Positions 1-9,652 are shown, counted from the stretch's first letter. The stretch is 64,000 nucleotides of DNA from Pseudomonadota bacterium (GCA_043825875.1 JBDRRF010000083.1:64001-128000); one strand, 5' to 3'. Program-made: numbers and translations. The notes: a model not told the origin generated them from the letters alone.

Positions 1-3
1 TTT

Positions 4-702
4 TCATATATTTTTATTGCCTTTCATTAAGCCAATAAGCTTTTTCATATCTTCCCATACATCGCGTTTTTTTTCAGGATTTCGCAAAAGATACGCAGGA
101 TGATATGTAGGCATGACTTGCATGCCCCGATAGTCAAATAAACGTCCTCTTAATTTTGAAATCGGCTCATTCGTTTCAAGCAGGGTCTGTGCCGCAAAAG
201 TACCTAGTGCACAAATATAGTCAGGGCCGATTGCATCAAGCTGGCGTTTTAAAAACGGAAAACATGCCTTTATTTCATCAGTCTCAGGATTCCGGTTTGA
301 AGGCGGGCGGCACTTTATAATATTGCAGATATATACCTCATCTCTTTTAAGATTAATAGCTTCAATTATCTTGGTTAAAAGCTGCCCTGCCCTTCCTACA
401 AAAGGCTCTCCCTTTTTATCTTCATCAGAACCAGGGCCTTCTCCAACAAAAACAAGCTTTGCATTGTGATTTCCCGTACCAAATACAATATTTGTTCGTC
501 CGCTGCAAAGCTTGCATCTTTTGCATTCTTTTAGTTCGCTTTGTATTGTATCAAGAGATTCAGTGGTTGCAGATGATATTTTATCAAGTTTATTTAGCAT
601 ATCGATGGTTTTTTCTGAGCAATCAAACCCGGCACAACCTGTTTTTGCCATGAAATTTAGCGTTGCGTTGATTTCTTTTAAAACATCATAAACATCTTCC
701 AT
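4..702 (-). CDS. Uracil-DNA glycosylase, family 4 (4Fe-4S)
   Basis: CKRCKLC cluster ligands, GEGPG motif A, KCRPP, YHPAY motif B. Confidence 0.92.
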   Translation of the reverse strand: MEDVYDVLKEINATLNFMAKTGCAGFDCSEKTIDMLNKLDKISSATTESLDTIQSELKECKRCKLCSGRTNIVFGTGNHNAKLVFVGEGPGSDEDKKGEPFVGRAGQLLTKIIEAINLKRDEVYICNIIKCRPPSNRNPETDEIKACFPFLKRQLDAIGPDYICALGTFAAQTLLETNEPISKLRGRLFDYRGMQVMPTYHPAYLLRNPEKKRDVWEDMKKLIGLMKGNKNI

Positions 703-750
703 GTTTTTTGCTTTCTTATAAAGCCAACTTTTACTTTATCAATTTACGAA

Positions 751-1977
751 TTACTTTTTCTTATCCAAGTTCTTAATACGGTCGAGAAGAGCATGGGCAA
801 CCATGTCTTTTTCCATGAGCGGCAAATGTTCTTTTTCTCCGTTTCTGAAAAAAAACACTACCTCATTTGTATCCATGCCGAAAACCGGGGATCTTTCGTT
901 ATTGTTTTCATCGCTTCTTTCACCCACAAGATTTCCGACAATAATATCAAGGTTTTTTCTGGCAAGTTTATCCCTTGCATTTTCTTCCAGCTTTTGCGTT
1001 TCCGCAGCAAATCCGACTAAGACACAATTTTTTTTATTTTTTCCAAGTTTAAGCAAAATATCTTCATTTTTGCTAAGAACAAGCGATATTTCATCATGGC
1101 TTTTTTTAATCTTTTCGTAAGCGGCCTCTTTTGGCCTGTAATCCGAAACTGCTGCTGTTTTGATTATTATGTCATAATCTTTAGCCTTATCAAAAACCGC
1201 TTTCGCCATATCATTTGCAGAAACAACCTTAACTGTATCAACATTAACAGGCGGGCTAAGGTTTACAGGACCTGAAACAAGCGTAACATCAGCGCCCCTG
1301 TGCTCGGCAGCTCTTGCTATAGCATAACCCATTTTGCCTGAAGACGGATTACTTATAAACCTTACCGGATCTAAATGTTCTCTTGTAGGGCCGGCAGTCA
1401 CCAGTATTTTCTTGCCTTTAAAATCTTTGGGGCAAAGGCTGTAAATAAGTCTGTCCAATATTTCTTCAGGTTCCGGGAGACGTCCCTGCCCGCTGGTACC
1501 GCAGGCAAGTTCGCCTGAAGCCGGCTCTACAATAAAAAACCCGTCTTTTTTTAAAATTTCAATATTTCTTTGAACGGAAATTTTTTGATACATATTTGTA
1601 TTCATTGAAGGACAAATTAACACAGGACAAGTAACTGCAAGTAGAAATGTACTTAAAGCATCATCTGCTATTCCGTTTGCAATTTTACCTATAATATTGG
1701 CAGTGGCAGGCGCAACAACAACAGCATCAACATCTTTGGCCCATTCAATATGTCTTATTTCAGCATTTGAGCCCTTCTCAAAAGAATTCATATATACGGG
1801 TTTTCCCGAAAGAGCTTCAAATGTGAGAGGGCCTACAAAGTAAGTAGCATTATGTGTCATGGCAACACGCACGTTTGCTTCCTGCTTTTGAATAAGCCTT
1901 AAAAGTTCAGCACTTTTATATGCAGCAATCCCACCGCTTATTCCGATAACAATATTCTTATTCTTCATTTGTGCCAT
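751..1977 (-). CDS. coaBC: Bifunctional phosphopantothenoylcysteine decarboxylase/synthetase
   Basis: GGIAAYK, APATAN, PSMN, LACG, VTAGPTRE.LDPVRFISNPSSGKMG, GFAAET motifs. Confidence 0.97.
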   Translation of the reverse strand: MAQMKNKNIVIGISGGIAAYKSAELLRLIQKQEANVRVAMTHNATYFVGPLTFEALSGKPVYMNSFEKGSNAEIRHIEWAKDVDAVVVAPATANIIGKIANGIADDALSTFLLAVTCPVLICPSMNTNMYQKISVQRNIEILKKDGFFIVEPASGELACGTSGQGRLPEPEEILDRLIYSLCPKDFKGKKILVTAGPTREHLDPVRFISNPSSGKMGYAIARAAEHRGADVTLVSGPVNLSPPVNVDTVKVVSANDMAKAVFDKAKDYDIIIKTAAVSDYRPKEAAYEKIKKSHDEISLVLSKNEDILLKLGKNKKNCVLVGFAAETQKLEENARDKLARKNLDIIVGNLVGERSDENNNERSPVFGMDTNEVVFFFRNGEKEHLPLMEKDMVAHALLDRIKNLDKKK

Positions 1978-2003
1978 AGTTTACATACCCGCAAAAATAA
2001 AAT

Positions 2004-2489
2004 TTATTTGATTAAGCCCGAATTGTTATCAGCAACCGAGGGTGCAACCCAAATCTCAACATCCGTAAACACAGTACCGTCAATAACATTTACGACACAC
2101 CATCTGTTTTCCTTCTGGAATAACATTAGTGTGCGTGGGGATTTAAATAAACTGACAAGTTTCCAATTATCTTTAGCCATATTATTTTCAAAAAAAGTGC
2201 AAAGAGAGTTAAGCTCAACTCTCCCACTTAATGCAAGAACACCTGCGGGAAGGCCTACTGTTTTATAAATAAAAGATTTTTCTGTGTTTATTTTAAGCTC
2301 TTTTGGAATAAGAACATCACCAAAATCCAAGTAACTGGGCAAATCTCCATTTTTTTTCTGAACATAAGAGCTTGACTTGGCGCTGTTTTCATCCTTGCTT
2401 AAAGATGCGCATCCGGAAATTAAAATCATAAGAGCCGCACATATCATGGCAAATACCTTAATATTGCCAAACCGCCTGATTTGAAACAT
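2004..2489 (-). CDS. Conserved lipoprotein, unknown function
   Basis: Start moved to ATG 2489 (AGGAGG upstream); lipobox LISGC. Confidence 0.7.
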   Translation of the reverse strand: MFQIRRFGNIKVFAMICAALMILISGCASLSKDENSAKSSSYVQKKNGDLPSYLDFGDVLIPKELKINTEKSFIYKTVGLPAGVLALSGRVELNSLCTFFENNMAKDNWKLVSLFKSPRTLMLFQKENRWCVVNVIDGTVFTDVEIWVAPSVADNNSGLIK

Positions 2490-2685
2490 ATTAATCCTCC
2501 TTATAGTTAAATTTGAACATACAAAAATAATTTTTGCCATAATAGCATAAACAAACTACATATGGCAATAAACTTGAAACACGAGATTTGCTGGCATTTG
2601 ACATATCATGACATAAGTTATACTTTTTAAGCTATAGCTGATAAGATCTTAAATTATCCAAATTTCATAATAGTAGAAAATTAAA

Positions 2686-3117
2686 ATGGTTACAAAAGTA
2701 GAAGCCATATATTATCCGGATAGTACAACAAAATGCGAGAGACCACTGTTCATGGTGCCGGTTACAGCAGGTTTCCCGTCACCTGCCGAAGATTATATCG
2801 AGGGAAAACTTGATTTAAATAAGCATCTTATAAAACATCCTGCCGCAACATTCTTTGTAAGGGTTGCGGGCGATTCCATGATTGATGCCGGAATACATCC
2901 TGGGGATATTCTTATTGTGGACCGCTCTCTTGAACCGGCCGATAAGAAGGTGGTAATAGCGATTATTGATGGAGAACTTACAGTCAAAAGAATCAGAATA
3001 AACAAGGGTAGGATTTATCTGATACCGGAAAATGAAAAATACAAACCTATAGAGATAGAAAAAGAGATGAATTTTGATATCTGGGGTGTTGTGACAAATG
3101 TTATACATCCTCTTTGA
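2686..3117 (+). CDS. umuD: DNA polymerase V subunit UmuD (S24 peptidase)
   Basis: VTAG/FPSPAEDY cleavage site, GDSM Ser, TVKR Lys; no LexA HTH; precedes umuC. Confidence 0.93.
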   Translation: MVTKVEAIYYPDSTTKCERPLFMVPVTAGFPSPAEDYIEGKLDLNKHLIKHPAATFFVRVAGDSMIDAGIHPGDILIVDRSLEPADKKVVIAIIDGELTVKRIRINKGRIYLIPENEKYKPIEIEKEMNFDIWGVVTNVIHPL

Positions 3118-3161
3118 TATCAGGTTTTTTATTATTGCCAGAAAAAAAGTAACGGATATTT

Positions 3162-4442
3162 ATGTCTTCAATTTTTGCATTGGCTGACTGCAACAACTTT
3201 TATGTTTCCTGCGAACGTGTTTTCAACCCGAAGCTTGAGGGAAAACCTGTTGTTGTGCTTTCCAACAACGATGGTTGTATAGTTTCAAGGTCAAATGAAG
3301 CAAAAACGCTCGGCATAAAAATGGCCGCTCCCGTATTTGAGCTGTCCGGCATGATTAAAAGGCACGAAGTAAAGGTCTTTTCGTCCAATTATGCACTCTA
3401 CGGCGACATGTCGCAGCGGGTTATGGAAACCCTTTCCGGGTTTGCAGAAGACATCGAAATCTATTCCATTGATGAAGCTTTTCTTGATTTATCCGGATTC
3501 AGTTATGAAAACCTAACCGAGTACGGGCAAAAGATCTGTTCTGCTGTAAAACAATGGACAGGAATTCCCGTATCCATAGGTATAGCCAAAACAAAAACTC
3601 TTGCTAAAATTGCAAATAAAACTGCTAAAAAAACACCGGGAACAAAGGCAGTCATAGATCTTACTGTCTCCTCCCGCCTAGAAAGTGCACTTGCCACAAC
3701 AAAAGTATCGGACATCTGGGGTATAGGAAGCAGCTACTCTGAATTTCTTGAAAGAACAGGTATAAAAAACGCCCTTCAGCTACGAGATGCAAATAGTCTC
3801 CTCATAAATCGGATAAAGCGCAAATTGGGAGTCTGGGGCACAAGGATAATACAGGAACTGCAAGGGATTCCCTGTTATTCGATTGAAACCTGCCCTCCGC
3901 CCAAGAAGGGAATTACCGCTTCAAGAACCTTCAAGCATCCGATTGAAAACCTTTCGGCACTTAAAGAAGCAATTGCAACTTATATCTCCATTGGTGCTGA
4001 AAAACTGCGCATGGAAAAGTCGCTTACCTCTTCGCTTTCAGTTTTTTTGATGACAAACAGGTTTAAGGTTAAAGACTTTTATTATGACCTTAAAACAATA
4101 GAGCTCCCTGTTGCAACCAATGATACGGGAGAGCTTATAGGATATGCAAGCAAGGCTCTCGAAGAGATATATAAAAAAGGCCGTATGTATAAAAAGGCTG
4201 GGATTATGTTCAAAGATTTGTTGCACGATACCCGTATTCAAATGGGTCTTTTTGATGTCAGAGACCGGAATCGCTCGGAAAAACTGATGAAAGCTCTTGA
4301 TACCGTGAACCTTAAAATGGGCTCAGACACCCTGGTTTATGCGGCAACAGGTCTTGCAACAGCCAAACCCTGGCATACTGTTTTTGAAAAACGTTCTCCT
4401 TTTTATACGACAAACTGGAATCAGATCCCGAAAGTTTGGTAA
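3162..4442 (+). CDS. umuC: Y-family DNA polymerase V subunit UmuC
   Basis: DCNNFYVSCER, SNNDGC, YSIDEAFLD, C-terminal SP.YTT.W. Confidence 0.95.
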   Translation: MSSIFALADCNNFYVSCERVFNPKLEGKPVVVLSNNDGCIVSRSNEAKTLGIKMAAPVFELSGMIKRHEVKVFSSNYALYGDMSQRVMETLSGFAEDIEIYSIDEAFLDLSGFSYENLTEYGQKICSAVKQWTGIPVSIGIAKTKTLAKIANKTAKKTPGTKAVIDLTVSSRLESALATTKVSDIWGIGSSYSEFLERTGIKNALQLRDANSLLINRIKRKLGVWGTRIIQELQGIPCYSIETCPPPKKGITASRTFKHPIENLSALKEAIATYISIGAEKLRMEKSLTSSLSVFLMTNRFKVKDFYYDLKTIELPVATNDTGELIGYASKALEEIYKKGRMYKKAGIMFKDLLHDTRIQMGLFDVRDRNRSEKLMKALDTVNLKMGSDTLVYAATGLATAKPWHTVFEKRSPFYTTNWNQIPKVW

Positions 4443-4453
4443 TATAAAATTAT

Positions 4454-5146
4454 ATGTGTGGAAGATTCACCCAATTCAGTCCTTTAAAAATACTTAAGCA
4501 GAAATTTCAAATTGATTCTGTTACATGTGAATTTGCGCCTAATTACAATGTAGCCCCCTCTCAGGAAGTACTTGCGATCGTAAAACAGGATAATAAATAT
4601 AATCTGGAAAAGCTACATTGGGGATTGGTACCAATTTGGGCAAAGGACATTTCAACCGGTTTTCACATGATAAATGCAAGAATTGAAACCATTGCAACCA
4701 AACCCGCTTTCAAAGATGCGTTAAAAAAACACAGGTGCCTGATTATTGCAGACGGTTTTTATGAATGGAAAGGAGAAAAAGGCCGGAAACAGCCATATTA
4801 TATAACTACTGCTTCAGGTGAACCATTCGCATTTGCCGGGTTATGGAATAAATGGAACAAAAATAAAGACGATGCAGGACCTGCTTACAAGTCATGTACT
4901 ATTATAACGACAAAAGCAAGCAAATCAATTAGTGAGCTTCATGATAGAATGCCTGTTATCCTTTCATCAAAATACCATGAACTGTGGTTAAATCCCGAAA
5001 TACAATCTCCAAAAGATTTGGATGCTATATTCCATGATGGTATGACAAGCGAAATGAAATACTACCCGGTTTCAAAACAAGTAAACTTTGCTAAGAACAA
5101 CAACCCTTCTTGTGTGGAGCCGGTAACACCGGATAATTTTATATAG
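4454..5146 (+). CDS. SOS response-associated peptidase SRAP (YedK/HMCES, abasic-site protection)
   Basis: N-terminal MCGRF, INAR.ET, GFYEW, HDRMPVIL. Confidence 0.93.
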   Translation: MCGRFTQFSPLKILKQKFQIDSVTCEFAPNYNVAPSQEVLAIVKQDNKYNLEKLHWGLVPIWAKDISTGFHMINARIETIATKPAFKDALKKHRCLIIADGFYEWKGEKGRKQPYYITTASGEPFAFAGLWNKWNKNKDDAGPAYKSCTIITTKASKSISELHDRMPVILSSKYHELWLNPEIQSPKDLDAIFHDGMTSEMKYYPVSKQVNFAKNNNPSCVEPVTPDNFI

Positions 5147-5554
5147 AATATGTCCTGAAACTCCACCCGGTGTGATTTGAGATTTTACTATTTCTGAAAT
5201 TTCTTTAAATTGTTCCACTAGTCGTGAAGGAACGGAAAGCATATAATCTTCTCTTGCCGTGCATTTTGATAAATAACATGATATCTGGAATGTTGAAAAC
5301 ATATATTATTGCAAAAGCCTTGCCAATAGGATATGCACAAGTAACTTAAATTCAAATTATTATCAGCAGTTAAAAAGTATAGTATACTTAAAGATATAAG
5401 TTACCGAACAAGTCATAATCGTTAAACTTTTGTTTGAAATTATAATTTTATTTCTACACCTTTCTGGTGATCATACGAAATTACAAGAACACCGGAACTG
5501 GTGATCAACTGGCGCATAACAGACTGGCATCATATAATTTAATGAGGAGGTACT

Positions 5555-6172
5555 ATGAAAATGATCAAAGGAATTGGCGTGGCCTTACTGACTTTACTTA
5601 TTCTATGCATTTGCAGCAGCTCTTCATCTGCTGAAAAGCCGATAAACAAGACAGCAACAATAAAGCTGAAGATTCTTTCTGAATCAATGACCATGGAAGA
5701 TTTAACCAAAATTCAGGAAGTAATACAGGCTGGAGCCGATGTTAATGTGAGAAATTCTTACGGCAATACTCCACTAAATTCAGCGTCGTTAAAAGGCCAA
5801 GCTGAAATTGTAAAGCTGCTATTGGCGGCTGGGGCTGACGTTAATGCAGTTGACAGAAACGGCGCTACTCCACTGTTTGTATCGGCCAATGGTCACACTG
5901 AAGTTGTGAAACTGCTGCTTGCGGCAGGAGCTGATGTGAATGCAGCTGTCAAAGATGGCAGTACTTCACTGTTTGTGGCGTTAATTGGTGGCCATACAGG
6001 AGTTATAAAACTGTTGCTTGCGGCCGGGGCTGATGTTAATTTGGTCAACAAAAATTTCCAAACTCCGCTGTTTGCGGCGTCCCTGCTTGGTCACACTGAA
6101 GTTGTGAAACTGCTGCTTGCGGCAGGAGCTGATGTGAATGCAGCTTCCGGTAGTAAAGTAGGGGTCAAGTAA
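5555..6172 (+). CDS. Exported ankyrin-repeat protein, probably 3'-truncated
   Basis: Signal peptide, four G.TPL...GH.EVVKLLLAAGADVN repeats; last residues (GSKVGVK) are read from the GGGGTCAAG stutter. Confidence 0.8.
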   Translation: MKMIKGIGVALLTLLILCICSSSSSAEKPINKTATIKLKILSESMTMEDLTKIQEVIQAGADVNVRNSYGNTPLNSASLKGQAEIVKLLLAAGADVNAVDRNGATPLFVSANGHTEVVKLLLAAGADVNAAVKDGSTSLFVALIGGHTGVIKLLLAAGADVNLVNKNFQTPLFAASLLGHTEVVKLLLAAGADVNAASGSKVGVK

Positions 6173-6195
6173 AGTAGAAAGTAGGGGTCAAGTCC
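6152..6195 (+). repeat. GGGGTCAAGT end motif with nested stutter duplications
   Basis: agtaaagtaggggtca-agtaaagtag-aaagtaggggtcaagtcc. Confidence 0.7.
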
Positions 6196-6223
6196 GCTTT
6201 TAGCTCTTAATCTATTAATAAAA

Positions 6224-6362
6224 GTTCGCGGTAGGAATGCCGATTACTCGGCACCCCCCGCACAGATCCCAGCATGCACTGCTAATGCACTGAGCTCCTG
6301 CTTCAAGTTTTGACGCGCATGCGTTCCAGCGGATAAGGATGACAGATAAAAGGGGGCAAGCG
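6224..6362 (-). mobile_element. Group II intron 3' remnant (RT C-terminus + domains V and VI; resembles bacterial class E)
   Basis: Minus strand: RLPPFICHPYPLERMRVKT* then DV GAGCTCAGTGCATTAGCAGTGCATGCTGGGATC (6297-6265, AGC triad) and DVI GGTGCCGAGTAATCGGCATTCCTACCGCGAAC. Confidence 0.85.
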
Positions 6363-6453
6363 TGGTCAAACCTTGAGTGCGGCCGAGAATAACTTGGGGA
6401 CATTCTAAACTATTAAACTTGATTAATGCTGGCTGATATGTTAATTGAGTTTT

Positions 6454-7461
6454 ATGCCAAGAAAATCACGAATAGATGCTCCGGGAGCGATGCATCATAT
6501 AATTGTCAGGGGAATTGACAGGCAGAAAATATTTAAAAATGATGAAGACCGGGATCATTTTCTAAGCCGTCTGGGTATTATCCTGACAGAAACGAAAACA
6601 GATTGCTAAGCATGGGCTCTTATCCCCAACCATTTTCATTTACTGCTAAGAACCGGTAACGTTTCCATCTCAACGACAATGAGACGGCTCTTGACCGGAT
6701 ACGCACTATGGTACAACCGCAGACACCGCAGATCTGGACATCTGTTTCAAAACCGCTACAAATCTATTTTATGCCAGGAAGGCTCTTACTTATTGGAACT
6801 GGTGCGCTACATCCATCTAAACCCTCTAAGGGCCGGGCTTGTTCCTGATTTAACAACGTTGGACAATTATCCATACTGCGGCCATAGTGTTTTGATGGCA
6901 AAGACAAACTGTGATTGGCAGAATACGGATAAGGTTTTAGGGCTTTTTGGCGAAAAAGCCGGTAAGGCAAGGAGAACCTACCGACAATTTTTTAACAAAG
7001 GGGTTGATCAAGGGAAACGAACAGATCTAACAGGCGGCGGTCTTATTCGTAGCATGGGTGGATGGGCTGCGGTAAAGGCGCTTCGAGCGGCAAAGGTTTT
7101 TGAGAAGGGTGACGAGAGGATTTTGGGAGATGGCGAATTTGTTGAAAGTGTGCTTAAAGCTGCTAACGAGCAAATGGAAAATAAATATGCTCTTCTGGTT
7201 CGCGGCTTTAACTTAAACGGGGTAGCAAGCAGAGTTGCCGAAGTTCTTGCAGTTGAACCGGATAAAGTCTGGGCTGCCGGGAGACAGCGGGAAACTGTTC
7301 AGGCGCGCAGCCTATTGTGCTATTGGGCAGTCAGAAAGTTGGGAGTAACAATGACATCGCTTTCCCGTCGATTGAATATAACAGTAACAGCTGTTAGCAA
7401 ATCTGTAATACGTGGCGAGAAACTCGCAAAGGCAAATAACTATTTGCTTTTCGATAAGTAA
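6454..7461 (+). pseudogene. RAYT/IS200-like Y1 HUH transposase with C-terminal HTH, one nonsense mutation
   Basis: MPRKSRIDAPGAMHHIIVRG...PNHFHLL (HUH)...GHLFQNRY...VRYIHLNP; in-frame TAA at 6607-6609 where the second copy has TAT. Confidence 0.88.
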
Positions 7462-7493
7462 GTTTATAAGTGTAATGCGTTCCCTATCTTCCA

Positions 7494-7508
7494 CCATGCC
7501 GGGCGTAC
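7494..7508 (-). mobile_element. 5' tip of a group IIC(-attC) intron
   Basis: Minus strand reads ...TGCTTTGT|GTACGCCCGGCATGG: intron start directly after the TTGT exon end of an attC bottom strand. Confidence 0.7.
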
Positions 7509-7590
7509 ACAAAGCAAATTAACCTGATGCCGAGTAAGTAAGATTCTAAATCCATTAACGGCGGCGGCGTAGGTTATTTCCGCATTACCT
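7509..7590 (+). other. Degenerate integron attC site
   Basis: ACAAAGC... arms AACCT(G)ATGCCG / CGGCGTAGGTT with extrahelical G; R' decayed to ATTACCT; R'' interrupted by the intron tip. Confidence 0.65.
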
Positions 7591-7608
7591 AAATTTTAGA
7601 AATTGACC

Positions 7609-7636
7609 TTGACAAGATACGCCAATGGCGTATAAT
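7609..7636 (+). promoter_or_regulatory. Sigma70 promoter with embedded antitoxin operator
   Basis: TTGACA-N16-TATAAT; palindrome ATACGCCA-A-TGGCGTAT (7617-7633). Confidence 0.8.
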
Positions 7637-7641
7637 GTATT

Positions 7642-7956
7642 ATGCTTTTTATAGAAACAACTATATTTACGAAGGAAATTCATCGACTAACGACCGATGA
7701 TAATTATCGGATGCTCCAGACTGCTTTAATGCTCCGGCCGGACGCCGGAAGTCTGATCAAAGGGAGTGGAGGCTTACGAAAAATCCGTTGGAATCTTCCG
7801 GGACTTTGAAAAAGAGGAGCATTGCGGGTAATTTACTACTTGAATCTTCCTGACACTATTTTTATGCTTTTTCCATACAGAAAGAACGAACAGGAAGATC
7901 TTACGACGGAACAGCTCAAGCTGCTCCGTAAATTTGTTAAGGAGTTTTTATCATGA
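7642..7956 (+). pseudogene. higB: RelE/HigB-2-type toxin, nonsense-inactivated
   Basis: MLFIETTIFTK...PDAGSLIKGSGGLRKIRW...L*KRGALRVIYY...YRKNEQEDLT; TGA at 7807-7809 replaces the Gly of GKRG; ATGA overlap with antitoxin. Confidence 0.85.
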
Positions 7957-8246
7957 AAAAAGATCATTTTGAAAAACTTGTCGCAAGCATCAAAGAAGCC
8001 GGAGAAATCAAAGCCGGACGAAGCACCGCAAGCCGAACATATGAAATAGGGCCACCTGAGATAAAGATAGTACGAGAAAAACTCAATGTCTCTCAAAGTG
8101 AATTCGCACTTATGATTGGAGTCAGTATTCGAACATTGCAGAATTGGGAGCAAGGAAGAAGAAAGCCTGAAGGGCCAGCGAAAGCATTGTTGCGAATCGC
8201 ATCAAGAAATCCCAGTGCTGTCCTTGATGCTTTACATGCCGAATAG
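7953..8246 (+). CDS. higA: HigA-type XRE antitoxin
   Basis: SQSEFALMIGVSIRTLQNWEQGRRKPEGPAKALL; downstream of toxin. Confidence 0.88.
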   Translation: MKKDHFEKLVASIKEAGEIKAGRSTASRTYEIGPPEIKIVREKLNVSQSEFALMIGVSIRTLQNWEQGRRKPEGPAKALLRIASRNPSAVLDALHAE

Positions 8247-8249
8247 CTG

Positions 8250-8302
8250 GTCAAACATGTCATTTCAGCGGATCGGCAAAGCCGTCCGGTGAATTCTATG
8301 GT
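8250..8302 (+). other. Degenerate attC site closing the TA cassette
   Basis: GTCAAAC just after stop; stem TTCAGCGGA-TCGGC-AAA-GCCG-TCCGGTGAA; R' lost at ATGGTGTGAC. Confidence 0.6.
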
Positions 8303-8731
8303 GTGACACGATGTCGCATAATTGGGGTAGTATTAGACATTCTATACTCCTTATGTCAAGCAAAAATGTGCGAAGTATAATTCAAATATAATCAGCAAAA
8401 TATACTCTTAGCCAAATTGAGAGAACAGTTCTATTGCTGCACTTTTGGTAATGTGCACTTTGCTTCCGGCGGTTCTCTCATGCTGCGAACTCTTTATCTG
8501 ATCGTTACGTTTATCCGGCATCCCAGCTATTTGCTGACCACCACATCATTCCTTATCCAGATTAAAAAATTCAGAGAGAAGCCCTTAAATTGTCCCTCCC
8601 GGAGTTGTTCCACTCCAACGTACTAAAACGGGCTTTCTCGCCGAAAATGCTCAAAACAATATTTGCTTTGATGTAATTAAATTTTAAGCTGTTTGATGCT
8701 AATCTAAATCCGTCGTTAAACGGCTTGCCTT

Positions 8732-8778
8732 GGTCCGACCCCTTCTCACTTCTCAATCTTCTCAATTCTCAAATCTCA
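8732..8778 (-). repeat. GGGGTCGGACC end motif followed by TTCTCA stutter
   Basis: ggtccgacccc-ttctca-c-ttctcaa-tc-ttctcaa-ttctcaa-a-tctca. Confidence 0.6.
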
Positions 8779-8892
8779 TAATTGAGTCAAGTATTTAAAA
8801 AAGACGGGGTTTTTGCGAGTTCTTGTTGAAATGGCTGAGAAAAAATGACATTATCCTGCGCAAAGTGAGAATTCTCATTAATAATATAATTC

Positions 8893-8911
8893 TGCTGAAC
8901 GGCTGTTAAAC
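8893..8911 (+). other. Right half of an attC (R' core)
   Basis: GCTGAACGGCT-GTTAAAC (perfect GTTRRRY) 30 bp before the next ATG. Confidence 0.45.
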
Positions 8912-8941
8912 TATACAATATGAAACAAAAGGAGCATCACT

Positions 8942-9532
8942 ATGAGATTGTTAACTCTTTCAATTCTGACCATTTTGTTGTCGGGTTGCGCGACGAGTCC
9001 TAGCTTCGACCATGAGGGTCGATTAAATTTCAGAATACACACAAACAAGAAAATAATATTGGCTGTTCACGACCTGAGGCCCTACGTGCAGAATTCAAAT
9101 AAATCCCCTGATTTTACTGGGATAGAGAGAAATAAGTATGGAATCCCGTCTAGTGTTTATTCAAAGTCAGGAAACCCCTTGGCAGAAGATTTCGGATCAA
9201 TGATTGTAAGGACCATGAAGTTTAGAAATGTCTCTGCCGAGCAGCAAAAAATACCATTCTCCTGGTCATTTTCGACTGTCAAAAAAAACCTGCTGGGGCA
9301 ACAAAAAGGGGCATATGTCTATTATGTCAAGATGCTGGAATGGAAAACAGATACATACGCTCGGACCGCTTTGAATTATAATTTGCAACTAGTCGTATTT
9401 GATGACCAATTCAACGAAGTAGGAAACAAACAGGAAAAAGGGTTATTCGATTTTGATGAAAAAGAGCCTGGGAAAGAGAACCTGACTAAAGCCACATCAG
9501 CAATTCTGGAGAGTCTGTTTGCAGAGCAATAA
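8942..9532 (+). CDS. Lipoprotein, unknown function (cassette-like gene)
   Basis: GGAG RBS, lipobox LLSGC. Confidence 0.75.
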   Translation: MRLLTLSILTILLSGCATSPSFDHEGRLNFRIHTNKKIILAVHDLRPYVQNSNKSPDFTGIERNKYGIPSSVYSKSGNPLAEDFGSMIVRTMKFRNVSAEQQKIPFSWSFSTVKKNLLGQQKGAYVYYVKMLEWKTDTYARTALNYNLQLVVFDDQFNEVGNKQEKGLFDFDEKEPGKENLTKATSAILESLFAEQ

Positions 9533-9652
9533 GGTTCAATCGGAAGCTAATAGCGCGGCACAATATTATAAGTAATAAGTACGAATACTCTGGCGTGGCA
9601 ATATTTTATATCGCTATAGTTGGTTATAATTCTAAAAAAGAGGAGACCACTA

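Noticed and set aside
2590..2685. LexA box upstream of umuD
   Set aside because: Only a TGACATA direct repeat; no match to SOS boxes I can name
5890..6145. 58-bp repeat pair as DGR template/variable repeat
   Set aside because: Copies are identical, both inside one ORF, with no adenine-specific mismatches and no DGR RT
6215..6403. ORFs 6215-6403, 13490-13765 and 10185-10547 as genes
   Set aside because: They overlap intron RNA remnants or the deleted transposase copy
7807..7809. In-frame TGA as selenocysteine
   Set aside because: Aligns with a conserved Gly (GGA to TGA), not Cys; simple nonsense mutation
8311..8338. dif-like site ATGTCGCATAA-TTGGGG-TAGTATTAGAC
   Set aside because: Left arm resembles a XerC arm but the XerD arm matches only about half; not supportable
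8417..8872. Short ORFs and possible IS end (CTGCGCAAAGTGAG)
   Set aside because: Probably mobile-element debris, but no family or matching second end could be identified
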